Assembly: GCA_030390025.1 (NCBI GenBank)
Contig: CM059432.1
Location: 81,160,001-81,224,000, forward strand
DNA length: 64,000 nt
Direction of reading: 5' to 3'
Source of the DNA: Squalus acanthias
Taxonomy: Eukaryota
In this document: piece after piece, positions 49,689-62,760 of the stretch
How positions within the stretch are numbered: position 1 is the first letter of the stretch
How the letters are laid out: each line of letters begins with the position of its first letter
Translations under genes and position numbers: made by a program
The notes under the pieces: generated by a model
What the model was told of the DNA's origin: nothing
Database searches by the model: none
Seen by the model: the letters and a program-made list of their open reading frames with translations, nothing else

Positions 49689-50146
49689 GCACTAAAAATT
49701 CAGGGATTTAGCGCCACCCGTTACTGCTAGATTCGAGGGGAAAATGGCGGCTGCTGCACCTACGCCCACTACCAGCCGCCATTTTCGGCTGAACGGCAGC
49801 GCTGCCGATGTCCGCGCTCATGTAAATTATGTAGATTATGCAGATCGTGACATCAGTGAGTGTGCAACTTCGCCGCTTCACTTACCGGCATGACTTAACT
49901 GCTACCAGCTGAGCAAGTGTTGACAAGCAGGAAGGAGGCTCCAGCAGCGTTATTTAAAGAGATCATCAGCAACCACTTACAGCTGACATGTTTCTGCAGA
50001 TTGAATGGCTCTGTGGAACTTTATGCAATTCCAGCAGCTTTCTAAAATTCTTCAAGGTCCTAATGTGACAGGGAGTGTTGGGGCAAGTGGAGAACGTCTT
50101 CATTCTTATTTAAAGGCTTCTGCTTACAACACTTGCTCACAGTCAT

Positions 50147-51308
50147 AGGGGCTCTAGTTGCAGTCCACCTCGCACTTGAGTATCTTCGCGAGAGGGAGCG
50201 GAGGCAGCGAAGAAGAGGAGAAGATGCGCGCAGAGGGAGGAGGAGGAGGGCCAGGAGGGCGCTCAACAGGAAGCCTTCCCCACCTAGGGTCTTCAGAGAG
50301 CACTTCTCCTATATCCACTTAAACGAGGAGCAGTGTATTAGGAGGCTCCGCTTCACCAAGGAGGTGGTCACAGAACTCTGCCACTTCCTGAAACCAGACC
50401 TGCAGCCTCAGACCAGGGCGACCACGGCTTTCTCAGTGGCAGTCAAGGTCACCGTTGCCCTCAATTTCATCACCAGTGGATCCTTCCAGTCTGCAGCAGG
50501 AGATATAGCTAACATCTCCCAGTTCACCGTCCATCGCTGCATCCGAGAGGTCACTGAGGCTCTCTACACCAGAAGAAGGGACTATGTTTTCTTCTGTCTG
50601 AACAGAGAGAGGCAGGGGGAGCATGCATGTGGCTTTGCCAGGATAGTGGGCTTCCCTATGGTGCAGGGCACCATCGATTAACCCACGTGGCTTTGCGGGT
50701 GCCTCATAACAATCCTAAGATCTTCCGTAACCGCAAAGGCTACCACTCAATGTGTAGTTATTGTGTGCTCACGCCCAATGCTTCCTGATGGTCCTGCTTC
50801 CCGCTATCCTGGCAGCAGTCATGATGCCTTCATCCTGCGTCAGTCCGGTGAGCCAGCAATCTTTCAGCCACCACATCAACCCTGAGGGTGGCTGCTCGGA
50901 GAAATGGACTATCAGCTCGACACCTGCCTGATGACTCCCCTCTGCAACCCCAACACACGTGCCCAGCACTCATACAATGAGAGCCCTGCTGCCACCAGGA
51001 ACATCATCGAGCAGACCATCGAGCTGCTGAAGTAACGGTTCCGCTGCCTTGACTGCTTGGAAGGAGCCCTCCAGTACTCAGCAGAGCGGGTGTCCCATTT
51101 CGTGGTGGTCTGCTGCATGCTTCACAACTTGGCCATCATGAGGGCGGAGCCCTTGTCACCAGGGATTGCGGCACCACCTCAGGAAGAGGACGAGGGAAAG
51201 GAGGAGGAGGAAGAGGAGGAGGATGAGGAGGAAGGGAGGAGGCAGGCAACAAATTAGCCTTCGGCATGGGCTGTCCGTGAACGCCTCATAAGACTCCGAT
51301 TCCAGTGA
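50147..51308 (+). pseudogene. Harbinger/PIF transposase (HARBI1-like DDE), nearly complete but with stops and frameshifts
   Basis: RRLRFTKE, VKVTVALNF..GSFQ, QGTID*THV, NRKGYHS, PGSSHDAFILRQS, RNIIEQTIELLK*RFRCLD, CCMLHN and an acidic tail. Confidence 0.93.
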
Positions 51309-51490
51309 ATGAAACCCCAGATCCCTGTTGATCACCACATCTCCATCAACCACATCCCCATCATATCATCCCTCTGTCACAGAACATCACAGCATCCTCC
51401 TGGGCACAAAGCTAAACTGAGACCCACCACAAAAGATTCCTAACAAAATTATTAAATTCATCAACAATCAATTTACACATACTATATCAA

Positions 51491-52586
51491 CTAATCAACT
51501 TTGTGCAATCCCTTAGTGCCTGTCATTCGGGTCCCCTTTCCTGATCTAGTGCTACTACGAAGTGCTCCCCCAGTGGCTATAGCATGGCTGGTGGAAAGCT
51601 GCTGAGTTTCCGTGGGGGAGACTTCAGATGGCCTTGCAGGATGACCTCGAGCAGCTCTGGCCCTAGATGGCCCGGCTGTAGATTGCACCACCTTGGCATG
51701 GGTGGTAGCAGTCTGGGCTGGCTGGCTGACAGGCAGCAGCAAGGGCAATGGTGGAGTGGCAGTGGTGGGAACAGGAATGCTATCATCCTGAGAGAGGGCA
51801 GCAGGGTCCTGCTCCACTGACCCACTGCCACTCCCCCAGGGCGGTGCCTCAGCATTCCTAACAATCTGTTGGAGCACAGATTGTTGGTCTGCTGCGACAC
51901 CCTGCAAGCCTCGGTCAGCAGTGGTAAATGCAGCCACAATGGCAGCAGTCTGAGCTTGGGTGGCAACAAATGAGACTGCATGAGAACAGTCTGATCTTGC
52001 ATGGCAGCAAGCTGGGACTGCAGGACAGCGGTCTGCGCTTCCACTGCAGCACTAAGACGTTGGGTCACTTCCGCCTGTGCTGCAATGGCAGCCGCGACAT
52101 CGCCATCACACGCAGCATCATGGCTGGGTCGACACGGTTTCTCATTTCCAGCCTGGAAATCATGGGCTCCAAGCTCTGCGCAAAGTCCCATGCAATGTCA
52201 GAGATGGACTTCTCCATGCTCCTTGACATTGCCAAGAGGCTGTCTGGCAGGCTTGCCATTGCACCTAGCAACTTGGTGTGCATGCCCATCACCCTTCTTC
52301 TGAAGACCACCCCAACGAGGTCCTCATCTGAGTCGTGTGCAGCAGAACTCACTCACATATTCGCCTTCTGCGGAGCTGGCCCCCGAGCTACCCTTGCTGC
52401 AGCCCACTTGTGCCCGGTGCCTCAACCTGTGTAGATCCCGCATCTACACTACCCTCTAAATTATGCGCAGTGCCAGTTTCTGAGCTGGTGTCTGTGAGTG
52501 ACAGATGCAGTGACTCTGTGTCTTCTCCCCCTCGCTCTCCTCCATCGCCTCGGGGACAGGCTGGGCTGGTGCTTGGTCTTGATTAT
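51491..52586 (-). pseudogene. Harbinger Myb/SANT-gene exon 3, convergent with the transposase
   Basis: TTTCAG acceptor; SSAAHDSDEDL..FRRRVMGMH; AGPSRARAARG; homologous to exon 3 at 11577 and 56967. Confidence 0.85.
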
Positions 52587-52651
52587 CTGAAAGCAGAAAG
52601 ACACAGGAGTCGGGTTATGGTGAGGGGCTGGGGGAAAGCAAGATATGCAGC

Positions 52652-55560
52652 ACTGACACTGACCCACCTATTCCATGAGCCTCAATTTTGTTAACCAGCC
52701 TTTTATGTGGTACTTTGTCAAACGCTTTCTTAAAATCCATATAGACAACATCCACTGCATTCCCTTCATCAACCTTCTCTGTTACTTCATCAAAAAATTC
52801 AATTCGATTAGTCAAACACGATCTACCTTTTACTAATCCATGCTGGCTCTCCTTAATTAACTTAAACCTCTCTAAGTGCCTGTTAATTTTTTCCCTGATT
52901 ATTGTTTCTAAAACCTTACCCACCACTGATGTTAAACTGACCAGCCTGTAGTTACTAGGATTGTCTTTACACCCTTTCTTGAACAAGGGTGTCACATTTG
53001 CCACTTTCTAATCCTCTGGCACCTCCCCCTTATCTAGGGAAGATTGGAAGATTATGGCAAGCCCTTCCGCTATCTCCACCCCCACTTCCCTTAGCAACCT
53101 GGGATGCAAGCCAGGCGACTTATCCACTCTAAGCATATCCAACCTTTCCAGTACATCCTGCCTATCAATTTTCACCTCATCCATTACCTCTACCATCTCC
53201 GCTTCTACCGATATTTTGTCAGCATCCTCTTCATTAGTAAACACCGATACAAAGTACTTATTAAGTATTCTAGCCTTGCCCTGCACCTCCAAGCATATAT
53301 CACCTTCTTTGTCTCTAATAGGCCCCACCCTGCCTCTTACTACTCGCTTACTATTTACATGCCGGTCGAAGATTTTTGGGTTCCGTTTTATATTAACTGC
53401 CATTCTATTCTCATATTCTCTCTTTGCCAGTCTTATTTCCTCTTCACTTCCCTTAGCAACCTGGGATGCAAGCCATCCGGACCAGGCGACTTATCCTGGT
53501 TCTCACTTGAAGAATTCACCTGACATGCATCATACATCCTCTTTTTTTGTTTCATCATATTCTCTATCTCCCTCATCATCCAAGGAGCCCTTGCTTTGGT
53601 TCCCCTACCTTTCCCTCTTGTTGGAATGTACCTAGCCTGTACCTGAAACATCTCCTCCTTAAAGATCACCCATTGTTCCGTTACAGTTTTTCCTGTCAAT
53701 CTTTAGTTCCATTTTACCCTGGCTAGATCTCCTCTCATCCCATTGAAGTTAGCCCTCTTCCAATTTAGAAGTTCTACTTTAGATTGTTCCTTGCTCTTCT
53801 CCATTACTAATCTAAACCTTATGATACGATGATCACTCGTACCCAAGTGTTCTCCCACAGACACTTGGACGACCTGGCCCACCTCATTCCCCAGCACCAG
53901 ATCCAGCAATGCCTCCTTCCTAGTTGGGCCGAGAACATACTGGTCAAGGAAGTTCTCCTGAACACATTTCAGAAATTCCTCCCCCTCCTTTCCCTTTACC
54001 CTAGCATTATCCCAATCGATATTTGGGTAATTAAAGTCCCCCAATATCACCACTCTATAGTTCTTGCACATCTCTGTGATTTCCCTGCAGATTTGTTCCT
54101 CTCTCTCACTATTTGGAGGCCTATAGAATGCCCCCAATAGTGTGATCATACCCTTTTTGCTTCTCAACTCTAATCAAATGGATTCTGTCCTTGCCCCCAC
54201 AAGGACATCTTCTCTTTCCAACATTACAATGTCTTCCCTAATCAGTACTGCCACCCCACCTCCCATTTTTCCTTCCCTATCTTTTCTAAACACCTTGTAC
54301 CCATGAATATTAAGTGCCCAGTCCTGACCATTTTTAAGCCACGTTTCCGTTATTGCCACTGCATCATATTCCCACATGGCTAATTGTGCTTGTAGCTCAC
54401 CAACCTTATTCACCACACTTTGTGCATTTACGTACATTCTAAACCTGTCTTTGTATTCCTCGTAGTCCTTCTTAGTCTGCTCCTATCTAATATGGTACTC
54501 CTTCCTTCTCTAGTATTATCCAACACTATCCCTCCTTTATGCACCTTATTCCTCTTTTCTACTTCTATATGCTGGTGCCCACCCCCTGCCAATTTAGTTT
54601 AAACCCTCCGCAACCACACTAGTGAACCTCCCCGTGAGGACATTGGTCCCAGTCCTGTTGAGGTGCAACCTATCCCTTTTGAATAGGTGCCTCCTGCCCC
54701 AGAACTGGTCCCAATGCCCCAAGAATCTGAAGCCCTCCCTGCTGCACCATGCATCAAGCCACACATTGATCCTCCCTATCTTCCTATTTCTACTCTCACT
54801 GGCGCGTGGCACTGGGAGTAATCCAGAAATTACTACCTTTGAGGTCCTACTATTTAACTTCCTCCCTAGCCCCTGAAAGTCTGACTGTAGTACCTCAATA
54901 CTTGCCCTCTCCATGTCGTTGGTACCGATGTGTATCACAACTTCTGTCTCATTCCCTTCCCCTGCAGAATATTCTGCACCCTCTCTCGTGATGTCCTTTA
55001 CCCTGGCACCAGGGAGGCATGGTCTGGACTGAACTCCTTCAAGGTGTCGTCACTCCCAGCAGTCTCTAATGCTGTTTACCGGTTTGAGAGTGAGACTCAC
55101 CCCGAAGACTCCTGCACTTCCTGCCTCTTCCTACTCTTCCGGATGGCCACCCATTTACTATCCTGAACTCTCTCTGCCTGTGGGATGGCCACCTCCTGGA
55201 ACATACAGTCCAGGAAACTCTCAGTCTCCCTGATGCCCCTCAAGCTCGGAAACCCTGAGCTCGAGCTCAAGCAGCTGGAAACACTTCCTACACACATGGT
55301 CCCGAAGTTCCTACATGGTGCAGGAATTGCAAGCAACAGGTATCAGCTGCCCATTCATGATCTAAAAAATGTCTATTCCCTCTTTCAGAAGTTAATTAGT
55401 ATCTTGTTTAAACTATTAATTATAATTAATGTCTCTAAATCTGAACTCTCAGGTATCGCTGTCTCACGGTCCCTCTCTCAGACCGCTCCTTGTTTTTTAA
55501 AATACCAGAACAGCACCACTTCCCTCAATGCACCAAATTCCCTCACTCACCAAATTCTGA
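52652..55560 (-). mobile_element. CR1 LINE 5' portion (degenerate ORF1 esterase, APE, RT N-terminal half); 3' end lost
   Basis: [39 protein letters not shown]. Confidence 0.92.
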
Positions 55561-55606
55561 GTTTAGTACGCTGTAGAAGCAGTACTCTGTTGAACTGGAC
55601 TCCATG

Positions 55607-57801
55607 CTACTTACTTGCAATCTGAGCTTGCATGACAGAGATCTGAGCTTCCACTGCAGCACCCAGACGTTGGGTGGCTTCTGTTTGTGCTGCAATGGAA
55701 GCTGAGACATCGGCCATCAGACGCTGCATCATGGCTGGATCCACAAGTGCGCTTAAGGAGCTGCCCATCACTTTAATGTTGGAAATGATGGGCTCCAAGC
55801 TCTGCGCAAGGTTGGTGCCGGACTCCTCCATGCTCCTTGACATTGCACTTAGGCTTTCTGACAGGCCTGCCAATGCACCAAGCATTTGGCCCAGAAATTG
55901 ATCTTGCTCTGTTCCCGCGGGGGTAAGGCTTCCCCGCGATCTCTCACTCCGCTTGTGCTTTTTCAGATCCAGCTCGCATGAACTTGATGTTCCAGACATC
56001 AGCTGGGCAGTGCTTGCGTATCCCACCGGCGTAGTGAATTCGTGCGAGCTGTGGGATCACGTGACTCAGTTAGAGCCAATGGCAGCACACCATCTTCCAT
56101 TCATAAGTTTCACATACGTGCTGTGAAATCTATGAATCTTACACCCCCCCAAAATAACAGCTAAACCTCAATTAAATTAAAAAAAAACCATCACATTAAT
56201 AAAATAAGTATAGTTAAATAAATTAACCATTTTAAATAAAAAATTAAATTTTTGAAAAAATTTAAAATCTTTTAAAAAGTTATAAAAATAAACTTACCTG
56301 TCTTTAAAGTCTCTAAAAAAGATATACCTGTTAAAAAAAATTCAAAAAAATACTTAATTCACTACTTACCTTGTTAAAAGTGGGTCTTACTCCTCCTTTT
56401 TCCATTTCTAAAATCTTCCGTACTTACCTGCGCGTCCAAAGCACGAAGTGCACAGCGTGCGCGCAGCCTGTAGCGCGCACGCGATGCACCGAGGAACCGC
56501 CCCCTTTTCAAAAGACCAAGTGCCGGTTTTCAGCGCATGCGCAGGGCATGCAGAAAACCGGCAATTGGAGTGGGAATACGCGAGAGTACGCAGTGCGTAC
56601 TCTCGCGTCGCGGGATGAATTTTTGGCCCATTGTGTATACCCATCAGCCTTCTTCTGTAGGCTGCCCCATCGAAGTCCTCATCTGAATCCTGAGCAGCAG
56701 AACCCGTGTGCTACCTTGCCCTCCGGGGAGCTGGCACCTGCAGTACCCTTTCCCCCTGCCCTGGCTGCAGGCCACTCATGCCCGGTGTCTCACCACGTGC
56801 AGACCCCACGTCTAACCTATCCTCTAAAGTACGCGGAGTGTCAGTATCTGAGCTGGTAACTGGTGGTGTGAAATCGAGTGAATGTGCATCTTCAGCATCA
56901 CTGCCTTCTTCCTCTTGCAGTTCCTGCTCCTCCACCACTGCCTGGCCAGGTTGCAGTTCTTGGCTATCTGAAAGGAGAATGGCACAAGGGTAGGGTTGCG
57001 GTGAGGGCGGGGGTGCGGGGGGGGTGTGGGGGTGGCGGTGGGGGTGCAGGTAAATCAGAAGAGATTGTGGGATATGGGGTAAGTAGGATGTGAGAAGGAG
57101 GATTAGGTATGAGGATACCATCATCTTGCATTGTTTGAGCCCCACTGCTCACCACGGGCTCAGTGATGGCCGCTCCAATAATCTCCAGCACTGTCTCCTC
57201 CATTGGGGTTAGGTCATGCACGCGTGCCTGTCACCCTGTGGGTACACCTTGCTGCTTCTGGTTCTGAGCCACCTTGTCCTACAAGAGAGAGGAAGTGTGT
57301 CAGTGAGTGTGGTGCAATGTGTTTGGGTGATGTGCCTGTCATGGCTGAATAGCTAGAAGTGTGTGCAAGTTGTGAGATGTGGGTGTGAGGATTGATGCAG
57401 TGCTAAGTGTGTGAGGGTGAGGTGAAGCTATGAATGTGATGTATGAGTTGTGATTGATAAAGATTGCTGGTTGGTGAGTGAATCGGGGTGCTGAATTGAG
57501 CAGTGGCTGAGGCTAGTGGTTCATTTGTAAGGATATGGCATTTGAGGATGAATTCACTGACCTTAGCCACTCGTTTGAGGTCATTAAACTTCTTGCAGCA
57601 CTGCATCCAGGTCCTCGGGGCTACACTGCTGTCATTGACCGCGATGGCTATCTGCTCCAATTGCCTTCTCAGAGTTTGTCTGGAGGGTCTCCTGGCCCCC
57701 TGTGGATACAGGACCTCTCTCCTCCTTTCCATCTCCTGCACCAAGGCCTCCAGTGCTGCATCAGAGAATCTTGGAGCCCGCTCTCTGCCCTGTTGCATCA
57801 T
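55607..57801 (-). pseudogene. Harbinger Myb/SANT-like gene, 3 exons (57801-57562, 57278-57119, 56967-about 55607), exon 3 split by a MITE
   Basis: RERAPRFSDAALEALV...RTWMQCCKKFNDL; GT-AG introns in the same positions and phases as the 12-kb copy; TGA in exon 2. Probable TIR AATTTCTAGGCC at about 58107-58118. Confidence 0.87.
55888..56629 (-). mobile_element. Harbinger-type MITE inserted in Myb exon 3
   Basis: Ends GGCCCAGAAATT / AATTTTTGGCCC; flanks rejoin as exon 3 sequence. Confidence 0.82.
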
Positions 57802-58118
57802 CAGTATGTCTTCTTCTTGCTTATGCTCTCTTCCACAGCATTTCCAGCACCTGCTGCAGCCAGAAGGGACCTCCCCTTTAAGAGGTGCAGGCTGCCTTTA
57901 AGTAGTGCAGGCTAGCTTTAAGTGGTGCTAGCCACGCATGAACTTGGGCCTCCTGCTGAGGTGTATAGCCACTCAGCAGCGCGTTCAACGCTGGACTGCA
58001 CGCTACTATTATTTAAATTAGCAAGCAGCACAAAGGTTGCGTCAGAAGGAACGGGCGCGGGTTGATTGTGCATCGCAATCACCGTGCTCGTTTTCAGGTC
58101 TTGTCCAATTTCTAGGCC

Positions 58119-58275
58119 TCCATATCCCTTAATATTATATTCATTATATTCATTTCCATCCTCAGGACGTAGCCATGTTTCTGATATTCCCATCACATCA
58201 TAGTATTACTGCCATAAAAGGCTTCAGTTCTGACATCTTATTTCTAATGCTCCCAGAGTTCATGTATTTGCATCT
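58119..58275 (-). mobile_element. CR1 APE N-terminal fragment
   Basis: MMGISETWL...YNIKGY. Confidence 0.7.
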
Positions 58276-58571
58276 TATTATAGATTTGCCTCCTCTCACA
58301 TTCCCCCGTGTCAGCTTATTTGTGGTCTCTGGTTTATATAAGTCTTTCTGACACCTTTGAGGAGGTCCAGTGCTCCCAAATACACAGCAGGATAATGAGC
58401 TGTTTCTTTGGTCATATAGATACTGAACATCAAGATAATGTGCACATTATTTGTGACTGCTAGTAGAGAAGGTATTTTGTTTCTGTCAGTAGTGAATGTA
58501 TGGAGAAGTAAGGTTGATTATTAAAGGTTGATTACCAGATAAGAGAGATTGTATTTGTATTGGTACATATA

Positions 58572-59244
58572 GGGCCATATTTTGCGACCCCTACGGGTGT
58601 GTACGAGGCATGCGAAGTGCATGGGCTAAAACCCGGAACTTGCAATCTGTCAAGAATCTTCTTGACAAATCCTCCACATCCCTGGGAAAAGGGCCACTGC
58701 GGGTGGAGAGTTGCGCTATTTGCCCAACTTCCGCCCACTGAATGCCCGTGAAATTCTTACACCTGGTAAAAAAAATTAAAAATAGAAAAATAAAATGTTA
58801 TCACTCATTTGTACTTTATAAACCCTGTCCAATAAGGTAAGTTTATTTTTAGCCCCATTAAAACATATTAAAAACATTCAAAAAATAAAATGTTTGTTTA
58901 AAATATTAAATGGCATTTTAATTAATTTTAAATATGTCATTTTTAAAATTTATTTCATGTATTTTTTAAGTGATCCCCATTCATACTTATGGGGATTCCG
59001 TACGTATGGAACTCCCATAAGTATGAATAGGGATTCCCTTTTATTGGTTGGGCTGAGCCACGTGATCCCAGGGGCGCTTGCAAACCGCCTGCTTCCCTGA
59101 GATACGTGGGCCTCTGCCTGCGCGGACCCGGAAAAGCCCATTATCGCAAGTCTCCATACCTCTGGGCCACCAGGTAAATGTGTAGATTTTTTACGGGTTG
59201 GAGGCATGCACCCGCGGTAAGCCTCCGATCGCAAATTTTGGGCC
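58572..59244 (+). mobile_element. Harbinger-type MITE
   Basis: Imperfect TIR GGGCCATATTTTGCGA / TCGCAAATTTTGGGCC; internal AAGGTAAGTTTATTTTTAGCCCC and CCACGTGATCC shared with the 47133 copy. Confidence 0.8.
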
Positions 59245-59310
59245 ATTAAGTGAGGACAGTGCATGAGTTAGCTCTAATTTCAGTGTAGTAGATAAGTATT
59301 AGTATGAATT

Positions 59311-62300
59311 ATATAGAAATTACAACATGGAAACAAGCCTTTTGGACCAACCAGTCCATGTTGGTCCTCCACATGAGCAGTAGTCCTAATCCTATAGAAA
59401 GAAAGAAAGAAAGACTTGCATTTATAGAGCACCTTTCATGATCACCTGGACGTCTCAAAGCACTTTGCAGCCAATGAAGTACTTTTTTTTGAAGTGGAGT
59501 CACTGTTGTAATGTGGGAAACGCAGCAGCCAATTTGCGCACAGCAAGGTCCCACAAACAGCAATGTGATAATGACCAGATAATCTGTTTTTGTTATGTTG
59601 GTTGAGGGATAAGTATTGGCCAGGACACCAGGGATAACACCCCTGCTCATCTTCGAAATAGTGCCATGGATCTTTCACGTCCACCTGAGAGAGCAGACAA
59701 GGCCTTGGTTTAACGTCTCATCCGAAAGCCGGCACCTCCAACAGTGCAGCACTCCCTCAGCACTACACTGGAGTGTTAGCCTAGCTTTATGTGCTCAAGT
59801 CCCTGGAGTGGGACTTGAACCCACAACCTTCTGACTCAGAGGCGAGTGTGCTACCAACTGAGCCACAGAGCCTATGTGCTCACTCAGGTTCCATATCCCT
59901 TTATTTCTTTCCTTTGACCACCTATCTAACCTATTTTTAAATGTTGACATGGGTCTGTCATTTCCTCGAAACTACTCCTGCCAAGCCACTGTAACTTCGC
60001 CAGATATGCAGGGGGAAGCCCCATTTACGTACATAGATAGGGTTTCTGCTGCACTTACAGTGAAATTCCGGGCCATGGTCTCTGCTTGAATCCACAACTT
60101 CACAAAATAGATTCCCCTCCTCTCTGTCCTAAATCTCTTACATTTAATCTTATGTCCCCTTGTTCTAGACCTCTCAACCACTGGAAACAGTCTCTTTCTA
60201 TCTACTCTGTATCACCCTTCATAATTTCAAACACCTCTATCAAATCAACCCTTAATCTCCTCTGTTCCAATGAATAAGTCCCAATTTTTCAAGCCTTTCT
60301 TTGTATTTGTATTTCCTCATACTAGACAGCATCCTAGTGAATCTGCACGGAACCCTCTGTATATTCTCAACATCCTTCCTATAATGTGGAGCCCAAAGGT
60401 GCACACACAAATCTAACTGTAGTCTTCCTAAGATTTTATATAGATTCACCATTACATCTTGACTTTTATATTCTATACCTCTTTCCATAAAACCCAGTAT
60501 TCCATTATCTTTTTATGTCCTTATCCACTTGAGGTGCTGCCAGCTTTCACCCATTCAAAGTATAATTATTACTTTTTTAAAACCAAAATTACATTTACTG
60601 ACATTGAATTCCATCTGCCACTTTTCCGTCCAATCCTCCATCTTATCAATATCCTCTTGCAGCTTCCTTTGTTCTTCAGAATTAATTACTATGTCTCCTA
60701 TTTTAGTATTGCCTGAAAATTTGGACTTTGTTCCCTCTTTATATCCAAATGATTGCTGTACACGTGAACTGAAACAGTACCAGAACAGAATCGTGTGGGA
60801 CACCCCTACCTGCTTCCAAACACTCTGAGAAACTGTCCTCTCTGTTTCCTCCCTTCTAACCAGTTTTAAATCTAATTTTCTACCCTCCCCCTAATTTCTT
60901 ACCCCTTAATCTTCTCCAGTAGTCTCCTGTGTTGTATTTTGCCAGTCACTTTCTAAAAGTGTACACCACATCCACTGCATTTAACCCATGTACCATATCT
61001 GTCATCTTCTCAAAGTTTTTCAAGTTTGATGTTCCTTTCTGAAAGCAATGTTGGCTGCTTCTACTTATTTTCTTTTCATCTCGATATTTAGTAATTACAT
61101 CTTTAAACAAAGACTCCAAAAAGTTCTATACCACAGATATCTCCCTTTTTGAAAATGGGTATTACATTGGCCACTCCCCAGTCCTCCAGCACACATCCAC
61201 TCTTAATAGAACGCTAAAATATAATTTCTAGGGCCTCTGCTATTTTTTTCCAGATCCTTGGATGTGTCCTGTCAGGTCCTGGGACTTTGTCCTCCTTTAG
61301 CTTAACTAACTTTTCCAATACTTATATTTTTTGTCTAATCTTACTTTTAACCAATTCAGGATTTACCTCCTTCCAATATCCTCCTCTTTTGTAAACACTG
61401 AAGTGATGCACTTGTTAAGTATCTCTGCCAATTTCCATTTCTCCTTTACTAACTCACTATCCTTCCTCTCAGGGATTACATCTCTCATTTAACAATTCTC
61501 TTTTTACTGGTATATTTGATTTCCTTATACCTTTCTCAATCTTTTTCCTATTTTTGTATTCTTTCTTATTTTTAGCATTTTTATCATACTTATTGGCCTT
61601 CTTCAAATTTATTTATCCATGGCATTCTGGAACTTGAAGTAGTCGCGTTTTTAATGGTATATATTAATTCTGAAACTTTGCCATTTCCTTTTTTTAAATA
61701 TCCCATTGATCTACAGTCCTGTGTGCCAATTTCTCTTTTCCACCTCACCTCAGCTAGCTCACTCCTCCACGGAGAGGAAAATCGGGGAGGGTATATAATG
61801 TGTAGCTGATTCATTACCACCAGTTTTGTGCCCCTACCAAAGCTAAATTTTGTCCCAGTGAGTGGGTAATTAAAATTTCCTAGAACAATAATTTTGTTAT
61901 TCCTACTCATCTCCCTGATCTGTCTATAGATTTACTCATCTATTTCCCTCCCACAATTAGGGGGTCTGTATTACAACTGACTAATGTAACAATCTCTTTT
62001 TTATTTTTGATCTCTAACTACATTGACTCAGTCTGAACCTCTTTGTGTACATCGGTCCTCTCTACAGCATCTATTCCCTCCTTCACCATTTTGCCATTCC
62101 TTCTCCTTATCTATTCTGTTCCTCCTAAAAATATAATAACCTAATATGTTTATTTTCCACGCCTGCCCAGTTTGCAGTCAAGTTTCTGTTAGTGTTATTT
62201 AATCTGTATCTTCCTGTGACATAATTGCCTCCAATTCTCCCAGTTCATTTTCCACACTCTGAGCATTGCAATAGATGCACTTTATCTTTTCTTGTTGGTA

Positions 62301-62760
62301 TTTAAAGCTACTCCTTTTCCCTAGTTTCTTTTGTTGAAACTAACTCCCTAGAAATGGTGCCAATCCCCATAAAACAGAAACCCTCTTCCTGACATGCCCC
62401 TTTAGCCACACATTTAGCTCTCTAATCCTCCTATCCTTCCCTATTCTAGCACGTAGCTGAGGGAGTAATCCAGAGATTACCACCTTTGAGGTCCTGCTCC
62501 TAAACCTGTTTCCTAACCTCCTAATTCCTTTTGCAGGAATTAAGACCTTTCTTATATTATTGGCTCTTACATGGACCATGATGACTGGCTGCTATCTCTC
62601 TCCTTCCATAATTTTTTCCTGTTTTTCCAAAATGTCCATTACCCTAGCACGTGGGAGGCAACAATTATCCAAGACTCCAGGTCTGGTCTGCAAAAGATAG
62701 CGTCCACTCCTCTAACTATCACTATCTTATTACAGTACTACTACATTCCCAACTGAATTG
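59311..62760 (-). mobile_element. Old, near full-span degenerate CR1 (ORF1 esterase relic to 3' tail), interrupted by a SINE and small MITE-like inserts (about 59951-60074 and about 61700-61857)
   Basis: SKVVISGLLP, VLGNFNYP, FSGNTKIG, LWAPHYRKD, RTRGHK. It may be more than one element. Confidence 0.75.
59396..59870 (-). mobile_element. Full-length Deu-domain SINE with tRNA-derived Pol III head
   Basis: A box TGGCTCAGTTGG, B box GGTTCAAGTCC, Deu core, (CTTT)n tail; CCTAT on both flanks. Confidence 0.92.

Noticed and set aside
50147..51308. Host HARBI1 gene (and NAIF1 for the Myb ORFs)
   Set aside because: Multiple stops and frameshifts, multicopy, and transposon context indicate transposon relics rather than the domesticated genes.
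59790..59870. tRNA-like sequence (also at about 22130 and about 34350)
   Set aside because: It is the Pol III head of a SINE, fused to the Deu core, and not a standalone tRNA gene.
61805..61865. Ig/TCR J-segment-like peptide FSFGRGTKLVV on the minus strand, with CACTGGG upstream
   Set aside because: The heptamer lacks the essential terminal GTG, there is no good nonamer, and the donor is in the wrong phase. The upstream DNA is CR1 APE (VLGNFNYP), and GGGACAAAATTT looks like a MITE end. Probably chance.
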